The position numbers and the translations under genes were made by a program. Under the pieces are notes generated by a model. The model did no database searches, was not told the origin of the DNA, and saw only the letters and a list, made by a program, of their open reading frames with translations. Below are positions 1 to 8,690 of a stretch of 64,000 nt of DNA, one piece after another. This DNA comes from Bradymonadia bacterium (lineage in GTDB: Bacteria; Myxococcota_A; Bradymonadia; UBA7976; UBA1532): the NCBI GenBank assembly GCA_046290225.1, contig JBKAGE010000036.1, forward strand, positions 32,001-96,000, in the 5' to 3' direction. The first letter of the stretch is position 1. The number at the start of each line of letters is the position of its first letter.

Positions 1-549
1 TGCGGCTCCTTCATCTGCATCGGTGACGGCAACGGCGGTGGCGTCTGCTCTCAGGACTGCAGCGCCGTCAACCCCTGCCCCGACAACTGGCGCTGCCAGA
101 ACACGATCAATGGAGGCGCCACCTGCTTCCCGCCGAACGAGCCCGTGGGTGGCGCTGGCGGTGGTGGTGGCACAGGTGGTGGTGCAGGCGGTGCCGGTGG
201 CAATGCAGGTGCTGGCGGCGGCAACGCAGGCGCCGGCGGTGCTGGTGGCGGTAACGCAGGTGCAGGTGGGGCCGGCGGTGGTGCAGGAGGCGCTGGTGGC
301 GGCAATGCAGGTGCTGGTGGCGGCAACGCAGGTGCCGGAGGTGGTGCAGGTGGCGCCCCCGTCGGTGGTGGCGTCGGCGGTGGCGCTGGTGATCCGGGCA
401 GCTTCGATGGTGGCGTCGAGGGGGGTGTCGTACGCAGGAACGAGGGTGGCGGAGGCGGCGGCTGCATGGCTATGCCGGCCAGAGCCAACCCCTGGTCCCT
501 CGCCCTTTTGCTGGTCAGTTTGGGCGCCGTGCTGCGGCGCCGGCGGTGA
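1..549 (+). CDS. Partial (5' truncated) secreted Cys-rich protein with Gly/Ala-rich linker and MYXO-CTERM-like C-terminal anchor
   Basis: Frame 1 is open from base 1 (CGSFICIGDGNGGGVCSQDCSAVNPCPDNWRC...), followed by GGNAGAGG repeats. It ends GGGGGC-x8-WSLALLLVSLGAVL-RRRR (GC motif, TM helix, basic tail). Confidence 0.8.
   Translation, partial: CGSFICIGDGNGGGVCSQDCSAVNPCPDNWRCQNTINGGATCFPPNEPVGGAGGGGGTGGGAGGAGGNAGAGGGNAGAGGAGGGNAGAGGAGGGAGGAGGGNAGAGGGNAGAGGGAGGAPVGGGVGGGAGDPGSFDGGVEGGVVRRNEGGGGGGCMAMPARANPWSLALLLVSLGAVLRRRR
148..410 (+). repeat. Degenerate Gly/Ala-coding tandem repeats (GGNAGAG units)
   Basis: Repeated ggcggcaacgcaggtgctggt-like units inside the CDS linker. Confidence 0.8.
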
Positions 550-1199
550 ATGCACACTCTGCAGTGAGGGTCCAGGTCCACACAGCAGGCGAATCTCTGG
601 AGGCGATCTTGAGCCGATTCTCTCTCAACTCGATTCTGCTCGGCGCTCTGATGTGCGCCCCAGCCGTCGTACACCTCGCGCCCCAGCAGGCCGATGCCAC
701 GGTGATGAAGGCGCTGTCTCTCGATCAGATGGTGAAGCAGTCGGACGTCATCGTGCGCGGTGAGGTCGTGGCCCAGCACAGCGCGTGGAACGAGGCGGGC
801 AACCGCATCTACACCGTCACTGAGCTGAAGGTGATGGAGCCCCTCAAAGGGCAGGCCACCTCAGAGACGATCATCAAGATCAGGCAGCTCGGCGGCACTG
901 TGGACGGCATCACCCAGAACATCGCTGGCAACGCGCTGCTCTCTACAGGAGAAGAGGTGGCGATCTTCCTCAGGGCTGATGCTGAGAAGTCGCTGCACTA
1001 TGTGGTGGGTATGGCCCAGGGCAAATACACCATCGACCGCTCGAGCGGGACGCCGATGGTGGTGCGCCAGATGCACGGTCTGAGCTTCACCCGTCCAGGT
1101 GTGAAGACCCTCGCCGACGCCCCCAAGCCCACGGGCAAGACCACCTCGTGGGCCGATCTGAAGGCCCAGATTACGGCAGCTCAGGCACCACCACGCTGA
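546..1199 (+). CDS. Secreted hypothetical protein
   Basis: Signal-like hydrophobic segment followed by 'ATVMKALSLDQMVKQSDVIVRGEV...RQLGG...GMAQGKY'. The start overlaps the upstream stop (GTGA); the true start may lie downstream. Confidence 0.7.
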   Translation: MNAHSAVRVQVHTAGESLEAILSRFSLNSILLGALMCAPAVVHLAPQQADATVMKALSLDQMVKQSDVIVRGEVVAQHSAWNEAGNRIYTVTELKVMEPLKGQATSETIIKIRQLGGTVDGITQNIAGNALLSTGEEVAIFLRADAEKSLHYVVGMAQGKYTIDRSSGTPMVVRQMHGLSFTRPGVKTLADAPKPTGKTTSWADLKAQITAAQAPPR

Positions 1200-2025
1200 T
1201 CTCCGCCTCGCAGGCTTCACCGAAAGCCGGGCGGCCTGTGACCTTGAGCCGCCTGATCCCGGGCGCCACCGTCACCGGGCGGAAGGCCCCCTCCCCTGCC
1301 GAAACCGCAGAGACGTCCACCTCTTCGTCATCGACGCTGAGCACGACAGGGATGTCTGCCTGCAGATCAGTCTCCACCTGTACGGTGATCTGGAACCCTG
1401 CCTGAGCGGCACCATCGTCCTCGGCGGTGAGCCGCTGCTCCGCGAGAGGGCGGACGATGTCGACAAAGCAGCCCTGAGGGCCCATGTCCGGACCCTCTTC
1501 CACACGTGGAGGCACGAACGTCACTGATGGGCAGCGCTCTGCGACGTGCGTGGTCAGTTCAGCATACGCCTCGGCAGGCCGCTCGCGTGTCTCCGACAAA
1601 GCCTGCCGCCACTGGGCAACCTCACCCGCGCAAGGTGGATAGACAGTGTGGAGCGTATCCTGGGTGTAGAGGAGCACCACCCACCACCCTTCTTGCCCGG
1701 TCATATCGAGATCGAGCAGCACATCGGCTTCGGTGATGAACGCCGAGGTCTCCGGTGCATCGATCAATGGAGAGACCAGAGGCGCCCCTTCGAGCATGTT
1801 CGGATCGCCGAAGAACAACATCACTTCACCCCGAAGGGGTTCAGAGAGCGACCGGTTGGTGAGCACTTGCACCCGATGCGGGCCGGGGATCTCCACCTCG
1901 CCGAGGGGTCCCTCCACGTCGAGGATGCGCAGTCCCTCTTCGGCATCATCTCCACAGCCACCCGACACCACTGTGCTGGTGAGGGCGAGGGACAAGAGCA
2001 CAGGTGAGAGAAGGTGGCGAGTCAC
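1171..2025 (-). CDS. Putative lipoprotein
   Basis: N-terminal signal with lipobox-like 'VSGGC', plus a possible Ig-like C-terminal region. Confidence 0.6.
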   Translation of the reverse strand: MTRHLLSPVLLSLALTSTVVSGGCGDDAEEGLRILDVEGPLGEVEIPGPHRVQVLTNRSLSEPLRGEVMLFFGDPNMLEGAPLVSPLIDAPETSAFITEADVLLDLDMTGQEGWWVVLLYTQDTLHTVYPPCAGEVAQWRQALSETRERPAEAYAELTTHVAERCPSVTFVPPRVEEGPDMGPQGCFVDIVRPLAEQRLTAEDDGAAQAGFQITVQVETDLQADIPVVLSVDDEEVDVSAVSAGEGAFRPVTVAPGIRRLKVTGRPAFGEACEAEISVVVPELP

Positions 2026-2170
2026 GGGGTCTCCTCGATGCAGGCTCGATGAAGGTGGGGCAGATGGCGGGTATGTGTCAATCCGCCCCAGGGTGTTGCG
2101 GTGATTCGTTGCCTCTCCGTACTCGCCGGAGGTATAACCTCGCCCCCGCCATCGACGTCCGGAGAGCCCG

Positions 2171-3856
2171 GTGACCCCTGCAGATCAGGCCCCCATCGCC
2201 CAGCATCTCGCCCGCGCCCTCGCTCGGGCCCTCGCCCCGGAGCGCAAGGTGCTCCTGGCCCACGAGACCTTCGACACCTTGCAGCACATGGCCGAGGCCG
2301 AGGTGAAGGAGTTGGTCCTCGTGGAGCCCAGCCTCGATGGCGACATGCCTGCAGGGCAGACCGCCCACGGCGCCCCTCTGCGCATGCGGCCCGACTGGCG
2401 TGAGCGCCCATCGTCGAAGGATCTCATCCTCGACGTCGAAGGGGGCATGCCTGCAGAGCAGGTCACCCGACTCTTGAAGAAGGCCGGCCTCTACGTCACC
2501 ACTGTCGCGGCACCAGCCCTCGAAGCTCTGCCCCACGTGACCACGCTGCACGGCGCCGCGCTCTCGGGGTGGGCCGTGGGCGGAGATGCTCACGCAGGCG
2601 ATGTTCAAGTGGACGACCTGCGCTCGGAGGGCATCGCCCACGACGATCAGGCGCCTGTGATCTATGTGGCAGGCAAGCTGCCCATCGATGATCTCACCGG
2701 TGTGGCCTGGGTGGGCGCAGGGGGTGAGGCCGACGCGCTTCGCGAGGCGTTGCGAGAGGCTCAGGCAGCCCGCGCTGATGCAGAGGGCCTTGTGGCCACT
2801 CGCGATGGCGAACTCGATGCCGCTCGGGCACGGCTGGCCGAACAAGAGGCCGAGCTGGAGCGCCTCCGTACACGGGTTGCTGCAGCGGAAGGCGGCATCG
2901 CCGAGGCAGAGGCCACCGCAGAGGCCGCTACACAAGAGCTGGCCGAGCGCCGGATCCGCGATCGTCGCGTCGATCTGGCTGAGGCCCGCTTCGATCAGGC
3001 ACGGGCCAGCCTGCAGACGGAGATCGATGGCCTGCGAGAGCGGCTGCGGGCCGCCGAGCCCGAGGGGGCAGATCGGATGGCCCTCGCCGCCGCCCGAGAC
3101 ATGGCCCGAGGCAGCTGGGATCGACTCGCAGGCGTCATTCAAGGGGCCATGGGCGATCTCGGCGTGGCCCTCGGTCGCACGGCACCGCCGCCACCTCCCC
3201 CCGCTGGGGCCGAGCCGCCACTGCTCGAGGCCTGGATCGAGCTTGTGGGCACTCAGCTCACTGCCCTCACAGAAGAAGCGCAGGCACGAGGCGCGCGGTT
3301 GACCACCACCTCCGAAGCCCTCACAGCCGCCGAGGCCAGTGTCGCTGCGCAACGAGAGACGCTCGCCGCCTTGAGCACAGATACGCAGGCGGCCCCGGCT
3401 CTGACCATCGACCTGCCTGATCTCGACGCCGCTCGCCGGGTCAAGGCCCTGGAAGAAGCCCTCGCCCAGGAGCGGGCTCTCCGAGCCACCCTCGACGACG
3501 AGCAACTGCGCGCCCGGCAAACCGTGCATCACGTGGCCAGCGCCCTCCAGAGCGCCCGCAGCCAGCTCGCCGAGGCCCGAGCCGCCGGCGCCCGGGCCCG
3601 CCTTGGTCAGGCACAGGCAGAGTCGCAGGCAGCACTCTCCAAGACAGAGGCCGAAGATCGCACCCGACAGATCGCCGATCTCGAGGCCATGGTGGGCACC
3701 TACCGTCAGATGCTCGGCCTCGTCTCTCAGGGGCTCGCACACGCGGAGCAGGACCGCACTCAGGCCCAGACCGAGCTGGCGGCGACCGCCGAGAACCTCC
3801 GGATTCTTCAAGGGGAATTCGAACGCCATCGCGCCCAGGCCGCATCTGCGGATTGA
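2171..3856 (+). CDS. Long coiled-coil protein with a degenerate methyltransferase-like N-terminal domain
   Basis: Ala/Glu/Arg-rich heptads over ~370 aa. The N-terminal 'DLILD...VTRLLKKAGLYV' resembles class I MTase 'RVLKPGG', but no GxGxG motif is present. Confidence 0.65.
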   Translation: MTPADQAPIAQHLARALARALAPERKVLLAHETFDTLQHMAEAEVKELVLVEPSLDGDMPAGQTAHGAPLRMRPDWRERPSSKDLILDVEGGMPAEQVTRLLKKAGLYVTTVAAPALEALPHVTTLHGAALSGWAVGGDAHAGDVQVDDLRSEGIAHDDQAPVIYVAGKLPIDDLTGVAWVGAGGEADALREALREAQAARADAEGLVATRDGELDAARARLAEQEAELERLRTRVAAAEGGIAEAEATAEAATQELAERRIRDRRVDLAEARFDQARASLQTEIDGLRERLRAAEPEGADRMALAAARDMARGSWDRLAGVIQGAMGDLGVALGRTAPPPPPPAGAEPPLLEAWIELVGTQLTALTEEAQARGARLTTTSEALTAAEASVAAQRETLAALSTDTQAAPALTIDLPDLDAARRVKALEEALAQERALRATLDDEQLRARQTVHHVASALQSARSQLAEARAAGARARLGQAQAESQAALSKTEAEDRTRQIADLEAMVGTYRQMLGLVSQGLAHAEQDRTQAQTELAATAENLRILQGEFERHRAQAASAD

Positions 3857-3887
3857 AAACCACACGGTTGAGTAGGAAAATGCCGGC

Positions 3888-4343
3888 ATGAAGCTTTCCA
3901 CTCGATGCCGGTACGCCACCCTCGCACTCTTCGACATCGCCTTTCACGCCGGCGATGCCCCCACTCAAGTCAGACAGATCGCCGAGCGGCAGGACATCCC
4001 CCTACGGTTCCTGGAGCAGATCTTTCAGGATCTCAAACGGGCCAACCTCGTAGAAGGCAAGCGAGGTCGAAAGGGGGGCTACCAGCTCAGCCTGCCGCCA
4101 AGCGAGATCTCTGTGGGTGACATCGTTCGGGCCACGGAAGGGCCCATCGAGGCCTGCCTCGGCGCCGACGACACCCCCGACGGTCCTCCTGTGAACGGTC
4201 GGGACATCTGCGCTCTGGCGTGGATGGAGATCACCGAGCAAGTGGCCGTCATCTTCGACAACCTCTCTCTGGCTCAGCTCGTCCACCGCGCCCAGGCCGC
4301 AGGCATCACCCGCGATGTAGCGGGCTACATGTACTTCATCTAG
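3888..4343 (+). CDS. Rrf2 family transcriptional regulator (CymR/IscR-like)
   Basis: MKLSTRCRYA...IAERQDIPLRFLEQIFQDLKRANLVEGKRGRKGGYQL; C-terminus YMYFI. Confidence 0.92.
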   Translation: MKLSTRCRYATLALFDIAFHAGDAPTQVRQIAERQDIPLRFLEQIFQDLKRANLVEGKRGRKGGYQLSLPPSEISVGDIVRATEGPIEACLGADDTPDGPPVNGRDICALAWMEITEQVAVIFDNLSLAQLVHRAQAAGITRDVAGYMYFI

Positions 4344-4823
4344 ATGGTGCAGATGATCCCCTGGTCTGTCGAAGAGCATGCTTCGCTCTGGAGCGAGATG
4401 ACGCGCCACGCCAGTGCCGGCTGGCCAGAAGAGGTGTGTGGTGTCGTCTCGCAGGATCGCGCTGACACCCTCCGCGTTCACCTGGGTGTCAACAACGCCT
4501 CGATGCCGCGTGCCGCCTTCGATCTGGCAGCAGGGCTTCTGCTCGACCTCGCCCGCCATGGGCGTCGACCCGTCGCGTTCTTTCACAGCCACCCTGATGC
4601 AGCGCCTGTGATGAGCGCGGCAGATCACCACGCAGCGGTCCTCGACGGCGAGCCGATCTGGCCGGGGGTGGATCACATCATCATCTCCGTGTACAACCGC
4701 CGGCCGCGCGCGCTCATCATCCATCGGTGGTCTCAGAGTCATCGACGACATCGGCCACTGCTGACCATCGATCTCGAGTCCGCGCCTATGAACATCCCTC
4801 AGCCCTCGGTCCCTCGCCCATGA
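4344..4823 (+). CDS. JAB/MPN (Mov34, M67) metallopeptidase, Mec-like
   Basis: PEEVCG...FHSHP-x5-MSAAD, a complete JAMM motif. ATG directly follows the Rrf2 stop. Confidence 0.85.
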   Translation: MVQMIPWSVEEHASLWSEMTRHASAGWPEEVCGVVSQDRADTLRVHLGVNNASMPRAAFDLAAGLLLDLARHGRRPVAFFHSHPDAAPVMSAADHHAAVLDGEPIWPGVDHIIISVYNRRPRALIIHRWSQSHRRHRPLLTIDLESAPMNIPQPSVPRP

Positions 4824-5662
4824 ACACCACGCCTCTCACCACCAAACACCAGCACCTGCGCCGCCTGCTCAAAGAGATGGGTGATGTCCTCATCGCCTAT
4901 TCTGGAGGCGTCGACTCGGCCTTTTTGCTCCACGAAGCCGTCCAGGTACTCGGCGATCGAGCAGTGGCCCTCACCGCCCGCTCAGGCAGCTACCCGCCCT
5001 GGGAGCTCGAAGAGGCCCGCACCCTCGCCGAGCAGATGGGGGCCCGGATGATCGAGGTGGACAGCTTCGAGATGGAGCGCCCTGGATATCGCGCCAATGC
5101 GGGTGATCGCTGCTACCACTGCAAGACCGAGCTCTTCGAGATCGCCGAGGCCCACGCCGAGGCCTTGAGCATGGGCACGCTGTGCTATGGCGCCATCCCC
5201 GACGATCTCGGCGATCATCGACCGGGCATGCAGGCGGCGAAGGAGCGCTCGGTCCGAGCACCTCTCATTGAGGCAGGGCTCAACAAGGCCGACATCCGGC
5301 AGCTTTCGAAGGCAGCAGGGCTGCCCACATGGGACAAGCCAGCCTCGGCCTGCCTGTCGAGCCGGTTCCCCTACGGCACCGAGATCACTCCGGACCGCCT
5401 GGATCAGGTGGCCCGGTGCGAAGCAGGCTGGCTGGCGTTGGGCTTCCGGCAGTTCCGCGCCCGCTTCCACGGGCAGCTGGTGCGACTGGAGCTTTCAGTG
5501 GACGAGATGCCCCGCCTGCTCGGTGACGCCGCTTTGCTCGCTGAGGTCGTTCGAGTGGGGAAAGAGGCCGGCTTCCTTCACGTGAGCCTGGATCTCGAAG
5601 GCTATCGGAGCGGCAGCGCCAACGCCGCCCTGGTTCAGCTCGACGAGCCACGCCAACGCTGA
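4820..5662 (+). CDS. larE: LarE-family ATP-dependent sulfur transferase
   Basis: PP-loop SGGVDS, RCYHCK, DDLGDHRPG, WDKPASACLSSRFPYG and GYRSGS. ATG at 4820 overlaps the JAB stop (ATGA). Confidence 0.9.
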   Translation: MNTTPLTTKHQHLRRLLKEMGDVLIAYSGGVDSAFLLHEAVQVLGDRAVALTARSGSYPPWELEEARTLAEQMGARMIEVDSFEMERPGYRANAGDRCYHCKTELFEIAEAHAEALSMGTLCYGAIPDDLGDHRPGMQAAKERSVRAPLIEAGLNKADIRQLSKAAGLPTWDKPASACLSSRFPYGTEITPDRLDQVARCEAGWLALGFRQFRARFHGQLVRLELSVDEMPRLLGDAALLAEVVRVGKEAGFLHVSLDLEGYRSGSANAALVQLDEPRQR

Positions 5663-5668
5663 GTTGAC

Positions 5669-6994
5669 TCAGTCGAAGTCGTGCCGGAACTGCAGGGCCA
5701 TGTGCCAGATCTGGCCCCCTGCTGTGTACGAGCCCACCGAAGACGCCACCCCTTCTGCCTTGCGCATCTCTCGATCCGTCAAGAACGTGCCCTGAATCGA
5801 GAGATCGAGGGTGATGGGTGATCGGTGCATGGCCAGGGGGTCGGGGAAGGTGTAGCCGAAGCCCAGGCCGATCTGATGGGCGGCGCTGTCGATGTAGTTC
5901 GGCGCCTGTGTCTGCTGAGGCAGCGGCGTCGGATGAAACCCGTAGCCCCCGCGCAAGGCCCAGAAGTCGTTGGGCCGCCACTCCATGCCCAGGCGCACAT
6001 CGAGTGTGTCTTTGGCGCCGAGGTCGACAGGGGTGGCGCCCACGTCCACCGAGCCCTTGTCGATGGGCTCACCGTCGAGCAACAGGTTGAAGCTCGCCGA
6101 GGGATCAGGTGAGAGGCTCCACCGAGACCACACGAGATCAGCCGTGGCCGAGAGCGACTGATGCTTCCAGCTCGCGCCCCAGGTGTAGGTCGGGGGCGTC
6201 CAGAGCGCCTGCCCTTCCACCACGGCCACCATGCGGCCGGCCCCCTGAATGGTCAGATCTGTGGACAGTGAGTAGTCGAGCGACAGCGCCCCCCGATAGG
6301 AGAACCCCAGTCGCCAGTCATCGGCAGGCTGTACGAGCACCCCGGCGATGGGTGCGCTGGCGGTCTCCAGATCTACGGCCAGGTCACGCCTCAAGAACCG
6401 ACGGCCCAATGGGTCGAGGGTGGCGGTGGCTTTGCCCGTGAGGGTGCCCAGGAGTTGCCCCCCGACGCCGATGGACACCCGGTCGTGCACGCGATAGGCA
6501 AGGCCTGCCGCCATGACCAGCTTGTCGGTGAGGGCATCGTATCGGTGAAAATGCGGCGTCTGTACGTCGACAGCGTCGACTCGAGTGACCTGGATTGTGG
6601 GCACATAAAGCCCCACGCCGAGGGCGAGCCGATTCTCGATGAGGCCACCCAGGGGGAACAACAGACCCAGGTTGACACCCACGTTGCTCTCAGGCAGCTC
6701 GGTGAGCGGGGCGTCCGCACCAGACTGCTGACGATCGACGTAGAGGCTCGGCACCACCACGTTGAGGCCTGTGCCCACGTGGGGCTTTCCGTGCACTGTG
6801 AGGGCGCCGGGGTTGTAGAACACCGCCGTGTAGTCTTCGCTGGCAGCGCAGTGGGCATTGCCCATCGCCGTCGCTCGGGCACCGAAGCCATACACATCGA
6901 AGAGGCCCGCCGAGGCCACCTGAGGCAAGCAGGCCGCAGCCACGGCCCAGGTGAGCAGCCCCTTGGAGAGCGAGCGCTTGTGGAGCACGTTCAT
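5669..6994 (-). CDS. FadL/OmpP1-family outer membrane transporter
   Basis: Signal peptide, then 'GFGARATAMGNA...AVFYNPGAL' (FadL N-terminal motif), alternating beta-strands and a C-terminal aromatic residue. Confidence 0.85.
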   Translation of the reverse strand: MNVLHKRSLSKGLLTWAVAAACLPQVASAGLFDVYGFGARATAMGNAHCAASEDYTAVFYNPGALTVHGKPHVGTGLNVVVPSLYVDRQQSGADAPLTELPESNVGVNLGLLFPLGGLIENRLALGVGLYVPTIQVTRVDAVDVQTPHFHRYDALTDKLVMAAGLAYRVHDRVSIGVGGQLLGTLTGKATATLDPLGRRFLRRDLAVDLETASAPIAGVLVQPADDWRLGFSYRGALSLDYSLSTDLTIQGAGRMVAVVEGQALWTPPTYTWGASWKHQSLSATADLVWSRWSLSPDPSASFNLLLDGEPIDKGSVDVGATPVDLGAKDTLDVRLGMEWRPNDFWALRGGYGFHPTPLPQQTQAPNYIDSAAHQIGLGFGYTFPDPLAMHRSPITLDLSIQGTFLTDREMRKAEGVASSVGSYTAGGQIWHMALQFRHDFD

Positions 6995-6997
6995 CGG

Positions 6998-7666
6998 TCA
7001 GCTCAACACGTAGACGTCGGCGGGGTGCGCCCGACCCACGACCACAACGCGCTGCTCCACATCGGGTGGGGGCGTCTGGCCGAGGACGTCGAGGGTGCTG
7101 GCATCGGCAAGCACCTGACCCTCTGCCGCAGCGTCTTCGATGGCGCCGGCGAGGGTGGTCAGCTCACCGAGCAGCGTCCAGCTGCAGAAAGGCCGCTGGC
7201 CCACCAGACCAGAGAGCGCTTTGCCAGAGGCCAGGCCACAGGCCACCCCCTTCACGCCCACCTCGAGGCTCTGCTGCAGTTGTAGGGGCAAGTCAGCAAG
7301 ACGGCTCTGAATCAGCTGTGCAGCCCTCACCGCCTGCTCTGCGGAGACGTGTGCCTCCAGCCGTCTGGGGGCGCCGAAGACCGCATGGACTTGATCGTCG
7401 ATGATGCGGTCGATGCATCCCCCCTGCTCGACCAGGATCGAGATCACGGGCCCGAAGTAGTGTGCATTGAGCGCCGCGAAGACCTGTTCAGCATCTTTGA
7501 AATGGCGGCGTGCGGTGCGGAAGCCTCGGAGGTCGACACAGAGTACCGTCACGTCGGTCCAGGCCGGGGCGAGCTGCTCGAGGGAATGCTCCAGGGCGGC
7601 GAGGGTCTCCTTCGACACCCGACCCTGCAGAGCGCTCAGCGCACGCCGGTACAGATCTTCACTCAT
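6998..7666 (-). CDS. Stand-alone class III adenylate/guanylate cyclase-like domain protein (degenerate)
   Basis: VTVLCVDLRGF, IDRIIDDQVHAVFGAP, GLASG, WTLLGE and GQVL match the cyclase fold motifs. Confidence 0.75.
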   Translation of the reverse strand: MSEDLYRRALSALQGRVSKETLAALEHSLEQLAPAWTDVTVLCVDLRGFRTARRHFKDAEQVFAALNAHYFGPVISILVEQGGCIDRIIDDQVHAVFGAPRRLEAHVSAEQAVRAAQLIQSRLADLPLQLQQSLEVGVKGVACGLASGKALSGLVGQRPFCSWTLLGELTTLAGAIEDAAAEGQVLADASTLDVLGQTPPPDVEQRVVVVGRAHPADVYVLS

Positions 7667-8513
7667 CGGCGAGCACCTCCAGGCTGAGATCGACGGCAGT
7701 GGCGGAGTGCGTCAAGGCGCCGATGGCGATGAGATCCACCCCTGCGCGAGCGAAAGCAGCCACTGTGCTGAGATCAACCCCACCGCTGGCCTCGATGAGG
7801 GCGCGGCCTCGGGCCTGGGCCACAGCCTCTGCAGCCTGCTCGGGGGTGAAGTTGTCGATGAGCACGACATCGGCCCCGGCTTCGAGAGCCACCTCGAGGC
7901 CCTGCAGATCCTCCACCTCGATCTCGATGCGCAGAGGGTGTGGTGCCCGAGCTCGGGCTTGCTCCACCGCAACAGCGATGCCACCAGCGGCGGCGAGATG
8001 GTTGTCTTTGATCAAGATGCCGGAGTCGAGGGCGCCGCGATGGTTTCTGCCCCCACCAATGCGCACGGCGTATTTGTCCAGGGCACGCCATCCCGGCAGG
8101 GTCTTGCGGGTACACACGACCTGAGCCGAGGTGCCTTGCACCGCCTCAACATAGCGCCGGGTCAGGGTGGCCACCGCGGACATGCGCTGCATGAAGTTCA
8201 GCAACGGACGCTCCACCACCAGCACGTGGTCGAGCGGGCCTTCGAGATGACCCACGACGGTGCCACCCTCCACCTGAGCACCATCCGCCACAGTCCAACG
8301 GACCGCGGGGGCGCCTGGGCCATATCGCCAGAGCAAGCGCTCCGCGAGGGGGATGCCACACAGCGTCAGCGGAGACCGGGCGATGAGCGCCCCGGTGGCG
8401 GTGACAGTGGGTGGAATCAAGGCTTCGGTGGTCACGTCGCCCACGCCGATGTCTTCTGCGAAGGCGAGGTCGATGAGGGCGTCGATGTGCGGGGTGGGCA
8501 TCAGTCGGATCAT
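7659..8513 (-). CDS. nadC: Quinolinate phosphoribosyltransferase
   Basis: EDIGVGDVTT, TRKTLPGWRALDKYAVRIGGGRNHR, ILIKDNH, EIEVE, IDNF, EASGG and GALTHSA. Confidence 0.97.
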   Translation of the reverse strand: MIRLMPTPHIDALIDLAFAEDIGVGDVTTEALIPPTVTATGALIARSPLTLCGIPLAERLLWRYGPGAPAVRWTVADGAQVEGGTVVGHLEGPLDHVLVVERPLLNFMQRMSAVATLTRRYVEAVQGTSAQVVCTRKTLPGWRALDKYAVRIGGGRNHRGALDSGILIKDNHLAAAGGIAVAVEQARARAPHPLRIEIEVEDLQGLEVALEAGADVVLIDNFTPEQAAEAVAQARGRALIEASGGVDLSTVAAFARAGVDLIAIGALTHSATAVDLSLEVLADE

Positions 8514-8690
8514 GGAATGGCCGTACCACGTCGCACGGTTTGCCGCAACAGCGGCTCATCGAGGCGAAAGACGTCGGCGGCCTTCACACCAACCCTTGCG
8601 GGCGATACGGTGCGGCGACCTCGAACCCTACGCCTGCAGGCGCCTCGAGCAGCTCTCTCTCTGCCTGTTCGCAGCTCCAGTGGAGGATGC

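Noticed and set aside
7467..8690. 408-aa N-terminal extension of the 829-aa ORF
   Set aside because: It lies antisense to nadC and the cyclase gene; a good RBS and signal peptide begin at 8691.
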